A stretch of 32,000 nucleotides of DNA from an uncultured Chloroflexia bacterium (GTDB lineage Bacteria; Chloroflexota; Ktedonobacteria; Ktedonobacterales; JADMIN01), in contig CAVRAI010000001.1 in assembly GCA_963718915.1 (NCBI GenBank), positions 360,001 through 392,000 on the forward strand, written 5' to 3'. Position numbers and translations under genes: made by a program. Positions 8,151-15,723 of this stretch are shown piece by piece. Numbering within the stretch: the stretch's first letter is position 1; the number at the start of each line of letters is the position of its first letter. The notes beneath the pieces were generated by a model, which was given only the letters and a program-made list of their open reading frames with translations, was not told where the DNA came from and ran no database searches.

Positions 8151-9755
8151 TCAGGCTGGTGAGCTAGCGCCGCCTTGCCCCGGCGATTGGGCGCGCGCGC
8201 GTTCCTGTTCGACCAGAACACGGCGCAGGATCTTTCCTGATGCCGTTTTTGGCACCGCCTGGATGAACTCCAGACGGCGAATCTTCTTATGTGGCGCCAC
8301 ACGCTCCGCCACGTAGGCCATCAGCTCTTCTGGTGTCACATCAGCCATATCGGCCTTGCGGACGACGAAGGCTTTGGGTACCTCGCCTGCCTCCTCATCA
8401 GGGCTGGCAATCACTGCGGCATCCGCGACGGCGGGATGCGAGAGCAGCACCGCTTCCAGTTCGGCTGGCGCCACCTGCATTGCCTTATATTTGATCATCT
8501 CTTTGAGGCGATCCACGATATAGAAGTGTCCATCCTCGTCGGCGTACCCGATATCGCCCGTGCGCAGCCAGCCATCCTGGTCGATTGTCGCCGCCGTAAC
8601 CTCTGGACGATTGAGGTAGCCCTTCATCACCTGCGGGCCGCGCACCCATAGCTCGCCCTCCTGACGCACGCCCAACTCCTCGCCTGATATGATGTCAACC
8701 ACCTTACACTCGGTATTCGGCAGACAGGTTCCCACCGAGCCGAGCTTCAGCTTGCGCGCGTCTTCGGGGTTCACATGCGTCAGCGGGCTTGTCTCCGAGA
8801 GGCCGTACGCCTGCTGCACGAGACAGTTTATTCGTTCCGAGCAGGCGCGCGCGACATTCTCGCCCAGGGGCGCCGCGCCCACCAGCAGCGCCGTGAATTT
8901 CGAGAGATCATAGTTGTCCACGGCGGGTTGTTTCGCCAGCGCCACCACGATTGGCGGTACCAGCAGGGTTCGCGTCACCCCGTAGTCCTGTATGGCGGCG
9001 AGAAATCGTTCGAGGTCAAAGCGCGACTGAATCACGATGGTACCGCCGTTGTACAGCCCCAGGTGGAAGAGCACCACCCAGGCCGCGATATGAAAAAACG
9101 GCAGCGAGGCGATCAGCGTGTCCTGGTCGCTGGTGTGTGTAATCGCCTGCGCCTGACAGATGTTGGCGACGACATTGTAGTGCGTCAACATCACCCCTTT
9201 GGGCAGACCAGTCGTGCCGCTGGAGTAGAGCAGCACCGCCGTGTCTTCCCGTGGGTTGATGCTCACGTCTGGCGGCTCCGCAGGCTCTGTCAGCAGCGGC
9301 TCAAAGGGGACGGCGCCCGCGGCTTCGCCGAATGTGAAGATGGTCTCGACCGTCGGGCCTGCCGCCTCTCGCACTCGTGACACGAGTTCTGGCGCCGTCA
9401 GCACATAGCGCGCACCCGCGTCATTCAACTGATCGCCCATCTCCCGCGCTGTGTAGAGCGGATTGATGGTCAGGCTGCGTCCGCCCAACGACCAGATCGC
9501 CAGTAGCGTGATGGCGTACTCTGGCGAATTGGGCGCGCAAATGGCGAAGATGTCGCCCGGCTGGAATCCGTGGCGCGCGAGATTTCCCGCCAGATTGCGT
9601 ACGGTTGTGGCGAGCTCGCCATAGGTATAGGCGCGCTTTGTCATGTCGTCGATCAGCGCGGGCTTGTCCGCCAGCCGCTCGGCGTGCCGCAGGAGCAGGG
9701 GTGTCAGCGGCGTCTCTGGGATCGTGATATCCGCATACGGACTACGAAAGATCAT
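8151..9755 (-). CDS. AMP-dependent acyl-CoA synthetase/ligase (4-coumarate-CoA-ligase-like)
   Basis: 534-aa ORF. AMP-binding motif LLYSSGTTGLPKGVMLTH, plus GELWVRGPQVMKGY, GWLRTGDIGY and a C-terminal SGKILRR. Substrate not inferable from sequence alone. Confidence 0.85.
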   Translation of the reverse strand: MIFRSPYADITIPETPLTPLLLRHAERLADKPALIDDMTKRAYTYGELATTVRNLAGNLARHGFQPGDIFAICAPNSPEYAITLLAIWSLGGRSLTINPLYTAREMGDQLNDAGARYVLTAPELVSRVREAAGPTVETIFTFGEAAGAVPFEPLLTEPAEPPDVSINPREDTAVLLYSSGTTGLPKGVMLTHYNVVANICQAQAITHTSDQDTLIASLPFFHIAAWVVLFHLGLYNGGTIVIQSRFDLERFLAAIQDYGVTRTLLVPPIVVALAKQPAVDNYDLSKFTALLVGAAPLGENVARACSERINCLVQQAYGLSETSPLTHVNPEDARKLKLGSVGTCLPNTECKVVDIISGEELGVRQEGELWVRGPQVMKGYLNRPEVTAATIDQDGWLRTGDIGYADEDGHFYIVDRLKEMIKYKAMQVAPAELEAVLLSHPAVADAAVIASPDEEAGEVPKAFVVRKADMADVTPEELMAYVAERVAPHKKIRRLEFIQAVPKTASGKILRRVLVEQERARAQSPGQGGASSPA

Positions 9756-9803
9756 CGTGCGCCTGCCTTTCTGATACCTCGGTCAGTCAGAGTGCTGGCG
9801 TCT

Positions 9804-9857
9804 GAAGCCGCGCCTATGGGCCTTTGGCCACAAAGCCCGCCTGCGCGGGCTAGCAGA
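9804..9857 (+). repeat. REP-like dispersed repeat, family R2 (core hairpin AGCCCGC-CTGC-GCGGGCT at 9834-9851)
   Basis: GAAGCCGCGCCTATGGGCCTTTGGCCACAAAGCCCGCCTGCGCGGGCTAGCAGAC lies in the 196-bp gap between two co-directional genes. Confidence 0.8.
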
Positions 9858-9950
9858 CGCAGAGACGTACCGCACTGCATTCCCAAAGTAAACCCAAATA
9901 ACGTGTTACGTAGCATTCGCATAGCGTAGTTGCGTCGTCCGTGCTGCTCG

Positions 9951-10736
9951 CTACGCGCCCGCGTGGCCTTTGCGCCGCGCCTGTTGCTCGCGATAGGTCG
10001 TCATCACCGCCGTGTGCTCTGGCGAGCGCAGGCACTCTTCCTGGGACGCTACCATCTCCGCATGCAGTGTGGCCATGTCGGCGTCGAAAGCTCGGTTGAT
10101 CTGTCGCTTTGTCTCTTTGAGCGCGGTGAAGGGGATCGCCAGCAGCTCGTCCGCCAGCTCCCGCACGCGCGGTTCGAGTGCGGAGGGATCGACGACTTCA
10201 TCCACCAGATCAAGCGCCGCGCTTTCTTCAGCGGTATAGCGGTGTCCCAGCAGGCAGAGTCGTTTCGCACGCGCCGCGCCAATCTGGCGCGCCAGCCGCA
10301 TCGGTCCCAGCGCCGCCACCACGCCCTCGCGGACCGCCGGAATGCTCAGCACGGCATCGGTCACTGCGACACGGAGATCGCAGGCGAGCACGACCTGCAA
10401 ACCGCCGCCGAGGCAATATCCCTGGATGGCGGCGATGGTGATGGCGTCGAGCCGCTCCAGATTGGATACGCCGCGCTCCCAGGTATCGAACCAGTCGCGA
10501 GTGAGCGCGCCCGCCGCCAGCTCTTTCACGTCCAGCCCGCTACAGAACGCCCGACCCTCACCACTGACGATCACCACGTGCGCCTCACGCTGGGCCGCCA
10601 GATACTCCGTCGCGGCGACGAGATCGTTCACCCACTGCCTATTCGCCGCATTGAGCGCCTCCGGGCGGTTCAACCGGAGCCGTCCCAACGCGCCTGCCAC
10701 CTCACAGCGCATGGTCTCCAGTTCGAGTATCGGCAT
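9951..10736 (-). CDS. enoyl-CoA hydratase/isomerase (crotonase) family protein
   Basis: ORF track 9951..10862. Start trimmed to ATG 10736 (MPILELET) behind AAAGGAG. Crotonase blocks VIVSGEGRAFCSGLDVKE and GYCLGGGLQVVLACDLRVA. Confidence 0.85.
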   Translation of the reverse strand: MPILELETMRCEVAGALGRLRLNRPEALNAANRQWVNDLVAATEYLAAQREAHVVIVSGEGRAFCSGLDVKELAAGALTRDWFDTWERGVSNLERLDAITIAAIQGYCLGGGLQVVLACDLRVAVTDAVLSIPAVREGVVAALGPMRLARQIGAARAKRLCLLGHRYTAEESAALDLVDEVVDPSALEPRVRELADELLAIPFTALKETKRQINRAFDADMATLHAEMVASQEECLRSPEHTAVMTTYREQQARRKGHAGA

Positions 10737-10849
10737 GATCCGCGCTCCTTTCCGCTCTGCCGGACAACACCTTTGTATACATCGTACCTGATAGCGCCAT
10801 ATCCTATGCCGTTGCCTTGCGCACGCTACACGATTCACCACGGCTCGCG

Positions 10850-10899
10850 CAGACAAAAACACAACGCCCGTCGCCAGGCATGTTGCCGGACGACGGGCG
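10850..10899 (-). terminator. intrinsic terminator downstream of the 10937..11383 gene
   Basis: On the minus strand: 9-bp stem CGCCCGTCG/CGACGGGCG (10899-10891 and 10873-10865), 17-nt loop, then TTGTGTTTTTGTCTG. Confidence 0.65.
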
Positions 10900-10936
10900 G
10901 GTGATATGGTGGTGGTATGCGAATCGCTGAATCGCT

Positions 10937-11383
10937 TTAGTTCTTGTCGAAGGCCGATTTGTTCGCCACCCGCTTGGCGATGCGGTTGAGGACGACAACG
11001 ACAAGGACGGCGATGATGGTGACGATGACAGCGTAGATCGCCTGGATGCCACCCTGGTTGAGTTTCACGCCTAATATCGAGCTATTGACAGGTATGGCCT
11101 CTTGGAGAATCTCCTGGATGGCAGAGTTCCAGGCGAGGGCGGCAACGAAGCTGAAGGCGGCGGTCACGAGGCTGACGATGGTCGCCAGCACCATCGTCGT
11201 CGCGGCCTGCGCCTGCGCGCGCGCGGCCAGTTGTGTGTGGATCATGCGCTCGACCGTGGCTGGATCGAGGGCTTTGCGGGGATCAATCGCCCCCATCAGC
11301 CGACGGCCCTGGGCAGGCGCCTGGGGGCCAGTGGGCTGCGCATACGACCCCTGGACATTGGGATTTTCGGAGTAATCTGACAT
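10937..11383 (-). CDS. DUF5654-like small membrane protein with a disordered N-terminal extension
   Basis: 148-aa ORF with two predicted TM helices. The core TAAFSFVAALAWNSAIQEIL...IYAVIVTIIAVLVVVVLNRIAKR matches my memory of the AALAWN-containing DUF5654 family. A terminator follows. Confidence 0.55.
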   Translation of the reverse strand: MSDYSENPNVQGSYAQPTGPQAPAQGRRLMGAIDPRKALDPATVERMIHTQLAARAQAQAATTMVLATIVSLVTAAFSFVAALAWNSAIQEILQEAIPVNSSILGVKLNQGGIQAIYAVIVTIIAVLVVVVLNRIAKRVANKSAFDKN

Positions 11384-11515
11384 TGGCGGATGTTACCTCA
11401 TCTGGATGATAGACGCATTCCTGACGACCAGGAGCCGCGCTTCTGAGCAAGCATGGCCTGAGCCGAGTGTACTCTATCTGGTCAAGCATGCGTAGCCACC
11501 CAGGACTACTCGACA

Positions 11516-12304
11516 TTACTCGACATCGCCCCAGGTGACCGTCTGCCGCGTGCCGTCGTCCGCCACGAGGATCAGCGCCCCCGACTCATCCACATCCTGC
11601 GCGACCCCTGTGAGTGTGCTCTCCGCCTGCTGGATGGTCACATGCTGACCAAGTGTCACCAGGCGCGCGCGCCACGAGTCGCGCATCAGACGTTGCGCAC
11701 GCTCTCCGCCTGCCTTGAGCGCCGCATAGAGTCTATCTAGCCGCCGCACCAGTTCAATGAAGATCGGCTCCCGCGCGGTGGGGTGACCGAGCGCGGCGGC
11801 CAGCGTGGTCGCGCGCGCCGCCAGTTCGTGGCTGTTTGCCAGCGAGCCGTTGACGTTGACGCCGATGCCCAGCACCGCGATTGCCTCGCTTGTCTCGATG
11901 AGGATACCGCAGACCTTGCGCCCACCCACCAGCACATCATTGGGCCATTTGATGCCGGGCCGCAGCCCTGTGGTGATCTCGATAGCTTCGGCGACGGCCA
12001 GCGCGCTTGCCATCACCAGGAACTGCGGCGGAAACGTGGGATGCAGCACCAGCGAGAGCGCAAGCTGCTCGTTCGGCAGCGACTGCCAGACTCGCCCCAT
12101 TCGTCCGCGTCCCGCCGTCTGATCGTCCGTGGTTACGAGCATGCCTTCCGCCGCGCCCTGCCGCGCCAGTGCCATCGCCGTACTGTTGGTGGAGTCAAGC
12201 GCTGGATGGTAGATCAGTGGGTGGCCCAACGTCACTGGCGCGAGACCAGCCTCCAGCGCCGCCAGGTCCAGCAGATGTGTTGTGTTTCCGGGGGAATCAT
12301 CCAT
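11516..12304 (-). CDS. birA: biotin--[acetyl-CoA-carboxylase] ligase, group I (no N-terminal DNA-binding domain)
   Basis: 262-aa ORF. Signature GRGRMGRVWQS and KWPNDVLVGGRKVCGILIE. The catalytic domain starts close to the N-terminus, so no wHTH repressor domain is present. Confidence 0.85.
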   Translation of the reverse strand: MDDSPGNTTHLLDLAALEAGLAPVTLGHPLIYHPALDSTNSTAMALARQGAAEGMLVTTDDQTAGRGRMGRVWQSLPNEQLALSLVLHPTFPPQFLVMASALAVAEAIEITTGLRPGIKWPNDVLVGGRKVCGILIETSEAIAVLGIGVNVNGSLANSHELAARATTLAAALGHPTAREPIFIELVRRLDRLYAALKAGGERAQRLMRDSWRARLVTLGQHVTIQQAESTLTGVAQDVDESGALILVADDGTRQTVTWGDVE

Positions 12305-12354
12305 ATCAGGCGCTCCGTTCCACGCCCCATATCATGACAACTGTGATCTCAGCC

Positions 12355-12400
12355 AACAAAAAAGCCGGGGAGTCAGCCATACTGGCCAATTCTCCCCGGC
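12355..12400 (-). terminator. intrinsic terminator (minus strand) between the small ORF and birA
   Basis: Minus strand: GCCGGGGAG (12400-12392), 19-nt loop, CTCCCCGGC (12372-12364), followed directly by TTTTTT (12363-12358). Confidence 0.7.
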
Positions 12401-12452
12401 CGCCGCGCAGGCAGGCATCTCCGCCGCCCGTGAGGCGAATATCACTGCTACG

Positions 12453-12527
12453 TTAGCAGTTTAACTCTCCCATAGAATCGGTGTGGAGAGCATTCGCGCT
12501 GCCTGCGCAGCAAATACGTTCACCCAT
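12453..12527 (-). CDS. candidate 24-aa micropeptide, or coding-looking part of a small RNA (MGERICCAGSANALHTDSMGELNC)
   Basis: ATG at 12527 lies 9 nt downstream of GGAGG (12541-12537, within AAAGGAGGTGG). TAA at 12455-12453. The ORF is flanked by a sigma70-like promoter and an intrinsic terminator. Too short for the ORF track, and no homology recognised. Confidence 0.35.
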   Translation of the reverse strand: MGERICCAGSANALHTDSMGELNC

Positions 12528-12554
12528 TACACACCACCTCCTTTCATCAGAAGC

Positions 12555-12583
12555 AGCATATCATGTCTGACAGAGGGCGTCAA
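12555..12583 (-). promoter_or_regulatory. sigma70-like promoter (TTGACG - 17 nt - TATGCT) on the minus strand
   Basis: Minus-strand TTGACG is at 12583-12578 and TATGCT at 12560-12555, with an exactly 17-nt spacer. The SD of the small ORF starts about 14 nt downstream of the -10 box. Confidence 0.5.
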
Positions 12584-12669
12584 GCAGCCAACGCTCGATT
12601 GCCCGCGCGCGGCAAAAATCCGTATGCGGAAGGAGCATTTTCCGTGTTATCCTAGAATTCAACGCAATT

Positions 12670-13245
12670 ATGACAGGCAGCAGTCGCGAGCCGATGAAAG
12701 AAGAGAGCATGGGCAAAGCACACATACCGCACGATGCGCGGGCCGAGGGCAGGACGGTGGACGAGACGCGCGTGGTCACGTCGCGGATCATGGAGCCGCC
12801 CGACGCTAATTCGTGGGGAAATGTCCATGGCGGCGTCATCATGCGTCTGGTGGATGAGGCGGGCGGCGCGGTTGCCATTCGTCACTCACGGCGTCAGGCC
12901 GTCACCGTCGCGATAGACCGGATGACCTTCAAGCAGCCCGTACACATTGGCGACCTGCTGACCATTCGCGCCTGCATGACCTACACCGGGCGCACGTCCA
13001 TGGAGGTGCAGGCGGAGATCGAGGCGGAGAATATGCGCACGGGCGAGCTGCGCGCGGCGGGAACGTGCTATCTCGTCTACGTCGCGCTGGATGACCGGGG
13101 ACATACGGCATCCGTTCCCCCGCTGCTCGTGCGCACCGACGAGGAGCGCGCCCGCTGGCATGCCGCCGAGCAGCGCCGCGCCAGTCGCGCCACTCAGGCC
13201 ACTCAGGCCACTCAGGCCATCCGCGAGGAAGGAGCGCCCACGTGA
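12670..13245 (+). CDS. acyl-CoA thioesterase (hotdog fold, YciA/Acot-like)
   Basis: 191-aa ORF. SRIMEPPDANSWGNVHGGVIMRLVDEAGG and a DRMTFKQPVHIGDLL hotdog core. Start uncertain (ATG at 12670, 12694 or 12709). The stop overlaps the glnA GTG start (GTGA at 13242-13245). Confidence 0.8.
   Translation: MTGSSREPMKEESMGKAHIPHDARAEGRTVDETRVVTSRIMEPPDANSWGNVHGGVIMRLVDEAGGAVAIRHSRRQAVTVAIDRMTFKQPVHIGDLLTIRACMTYTGRTSMEVQAEIEAENMRTGELRAAGTCYLVYVALDDRGHTASVPPLLVRTDEERARWHAAEQRRASRATQATQATQAIREEGAPT
13191..13217 (+). repeat. in-frame 9-bp x3 tandem repeat (CACTCAGGC) encoding (ATQ)3 in the thioesterase tail
   Basis: Read directly: cactcaggc cactcaggc cactcaggc. Confidence 0.95.
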
Positions 13246-14657
13246 GTGATTCCAGCCGCACTATTCGCCCGTCTTCACCAACCGGCGTGGCTAACCAGGC
13301 CGCCATCTCGCAGCTGCTGGAGCATGTCGAATCGCTCAATGTCCGTTTTCTCAATCTTGAGTTTACCGATGTGGTCGGGCTGGCCAAGTGCGTGACGATT
13401 CCGGTCGAGCAACTGGCCGATTGCCTCGCGAACGGCAAATGGTTCGATGGATCAGCCATCGAAGGGTTCGCCCGTGTGGCCGAGACTGACATGTTCCTGC
13501 GGCCCGACCCGGCGACGTTTGCGGTGGTTCCATGGCGCGCGGGTATCGCGGCGAGCGATGGGGCGAATGGCGAGACGGCCCGGATGATCTGCGATGTGCT
13601 GATGCCAACCGGCGAGCGCTTTGAGGGCGACCCACGCGCCGTTCTCCAGAGCGCGCTGGAAGAGGCCGCCGCGCGGGGCTATCGCTATATCGTCTCGCCA
13701 GAACTGGAGTTCTTCCTGCTCCAAGATGGCGGTGATGAGATGCCGGAGCCGCTGCTCAACGACCGTGGCGGCTACTTCGATCTCTCGACCGATCCCGCCG
13801 CTGATGTGCGCCGCGAGATCTGCGCGGAGCTGGCGCGCATGGGTATTGGCATCGAGAGCAGCCACCATGAGGTAGCCGCCGGCCAGCACGAGCTTGACTT
13901 CATCCCCGACGATGCGCTGCGGATCGCCGATGGTGTCATCACCGCACGCTATACCATCAAAGCGGTTGCCCAGCGTCACGGCTTGATGGCGACCTTTCTG
14001 CCCAAGCCGTTCTATGGTGTCAATGGCTCTGGTATGCACATCCATCAGGTGCTGATGCGGCTGGAAGACGGATCGAACGCCTTCGCCGATCCTTCCAACG
14101 CGAGCTATGGCCTCTCACTGCTGGGGCAGCAGTTCATCGCGGGCCAACTCGATCACGCGCCGGGGATATGCGCCGTGGTTGCGCCGCTGGTCAACTCGTA
14201 CAAGCGGCTGGTGCCAGGATACGAGGCGCCGGTCATGATTAGCTGGGGGCGTGTCAACCGCGAGGCGCTGGTGCGGGCGCCACGAGCGACGCCGGGCCAG
14301 CCTGAATCGCTACGAGTGGAGCTACGCAGTCCCGACCCAAGCTGCAATCCCTATCTGGCGTTCGCCGTGATGCTGCGCGCGGGACTGGATGGCATCGCGC
14401 GAGACCTGACGCTCGCGCCTCCGGTCGAGGAGGGACTCTATACCTTGGACGAGTCGGCGCGGCTGCGCAAGGGCATCGCCGTGCTGCCCGCGACACTGGG
14501 CGAGGCGCTGGCGGCGCTGGCGGATGACGACGTGGTGCGGATGGCGCTGGGGCCGCTGGTGGTCGCCTGGTTCGATGAGGCGAAGACGCAGGAGTGGCTG
14601 GAGTATCGCCGCCAGGTGCATCAGTGGGAGTTGGAGCGCTATCTCCCGTTGTTTTGA
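13242..14657 (+). CDS. glnA: glutamine synthetase, type I
   Basis: 471-aa ORF with a GTG start behind GGAAGGAG. Blocks VRFLNLEFTDVVG, FDGSAIEGF, NGSGMHIHQ and SPDPSCNPYLAFAVMLRAGLDG. Confidence 0.85.
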   Translation: MSDSSRTIRPSSPTGVANQAAISQLLEHVESLNVRFLNLEFTDVVGLAKCVTIPVEQLADCLANGKWFDGSAIEGFARVAETDMFLRPDPATFAVVPWRAGIAASDGANGETARMICDVLMPTGERFEGDPRAVLQSALEEAAARGYRYIVSPELEFFLLQDGGDEMPEPLLNDRGGYFDLSTDPAADVRREICAELARMGIGIESSHHEVAAGQHELDFIPDDALRIADGVITARYTIKAVAQRHGLMATFLPKPFYGVNGSGMHIHQVLMRLEDGSNAFADPSNASYGLSLLGQQFIAGQLDHAPGICAVVAPLVNSYKRLVPGYEAPVMISWGRVNREALVRAPRATPGQPESLRVELRSPDPSCNPYLAFAVMLRAGLDGIARDLTLAPPVEEGLYTLDESARLRKGIAVLPATLGEALAALADDDVVRMALGPLVVAWFDEAKTQEWLEYRRQVHQWELERYLPLF

Positions 14658-14994
14658 TGCGACCGGGCAATGATTCGTAGGTGAGGCGCTGTGAGCGTGA
14701 GTAGAGATGATCGGTGGGGGCGCAGTAAGAGATAATCCACCTTCGTGGCATGAATGCCGCGGCTAATTCTGTTCGTTCCGGGCCTCTTGAAGGGTGATGC
14801 ATTCGTCAGGTGAAGGCTTACCGTAGAGTGCGGTAGAAGCGGTTCCAAAACACCATAAACCGGCATCTCATAGTGAACCGGGCTTCATCCGCCTACTCTC
14901 TTAGCAGAGGTGGAATGTGTACTCCATGTACGGGTGGGCGACTGTTATTACAACGAGGCTGTTATGATAGGCTGAAAGAGAGCAGAGACGTGCA

Positions 14995-15447
14995 ATGACT
15001 GTCTGCGAATCTGGGAGCGAAACCATGCCAGCACAGCCTTTTGACCCCGCTGCGGGAGTGAATGAGGAGCAGAGAAACAAGACCCTTCAGGAACTTGAAG
15101 GGCAAGATTGGGGGGAGCCTTCTTTTCCCTCCTTCCTTGTGCGTACGTGCCATGCTCTCCGACGGAAACCGCTACACGATTTTACAGTCGAGGATCTCCG
15201 GATCATGATCGGGCAGAATATTAGTCTGAACTATCTGATACCTCTGGCCATCGAACAACTGCGACGTGACCCCCTCGTTGCCGGGGATTTTTATCCAGGC
15301 GACCTTCTTGCCGCTGTTCTTCGGGTCGAATCTGGTTTCTGGCCAGTGCAGCCTCAGCTACGACGAGCTGTTCAAGAGATTGTCGATCAGACCACTCCTT
15401 TCCCAGAACGCCTTCACCTCGCTCTTCTGGCTTTCCAGCATCCCTAG
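14995..15447 (+). CDS. contact-dependent-inhibition-type (CdiI-like) immunity protein, orphan
   Basis: 150-aa ORF. An alternative start at ATG 15025 sits behind GGGAG. The core LEGQDWGEP...VRTCHALRRKPLHDFTVEDLRIMIGQNISLNYLIPLAIEQL...GDFYPGDLL matches my memory of the family NCBI names contact-dependent growth inhibition system immunity protein. It lies in an AT-richer islet. Confidence 0.6.
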   Translation: MTVCESGSETMPAQPFDPAAGVNEEQRNKTLQELEGQDWGEPSFPSFLVRTCHALRRKPLHDFTVEDLRIMIGQNISLNYLIPLAIEQLRRDPLVAGDFYPGDLLAAVLRVESGFWPVQPQLRRAVQEIVDQTTPFPERLHLALLAFQHP

Positions 15448-15562
15448 AACCAGTCGAGAAACACTTACCGATACTCGGTCGAGAGTGCGCGACCCATCCG
15501 CGCTGCTTCCTTTCACTCTGCCTGCTCCGATCGGGCTAGGCGACGCACTCACACGATCATGA

Positions 15563-15673
15563 GAGCGGCAGCGAAAAGGCGGCTACTACACCACGCGACA
15601 TACAGATGAATCGCTGGCAACCGTTCGCGCCTATATTCGCAATCAGCGCCGCGCTGGCGGACTGGCGAACTAG
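15563..15673 (+). pseudogene. possible C-terminal remnant of an IS200/IS605-type Y1 transposase (TnpA)
   Basis: The frame between TGA 15560-15562 and TAG 15671-15673 reads ERQRKGGYYTTRHTDESLATVRAYIRNQRRAGGLAN. The G-Y-Y-x-T...YI(R/K)NQ tail resembles TnpA C-termini such as RGYYVDTVGKNTAKIQDYIKHQ. No upstream part of the gene remains. Confidence 0.3.
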
Positions 15674-15723
15674 CGGAGAGCACCCCGCAACCAGCATGCG
15701 CGCACGCTCATCCCCGCATTAGC

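Noticed and set aside
12305-12354. A BirA operator (bioO-like palindrome) upstream of birA.
   Set aside because: This birA lacks the N-terminal DNA-binding domain (group I), and I found no suitable palindrome between the terminator and the start codon.
14639-14866. 75-aa minus-strand ORF downstream of glnA, considered as a candidate toxin partner for the immunity gene.
   Set aside because: Wrong orientation for a toxin-immunity pair, no SD, and a non-protein-like sequence. It partly overlaps the glnA 3' end.
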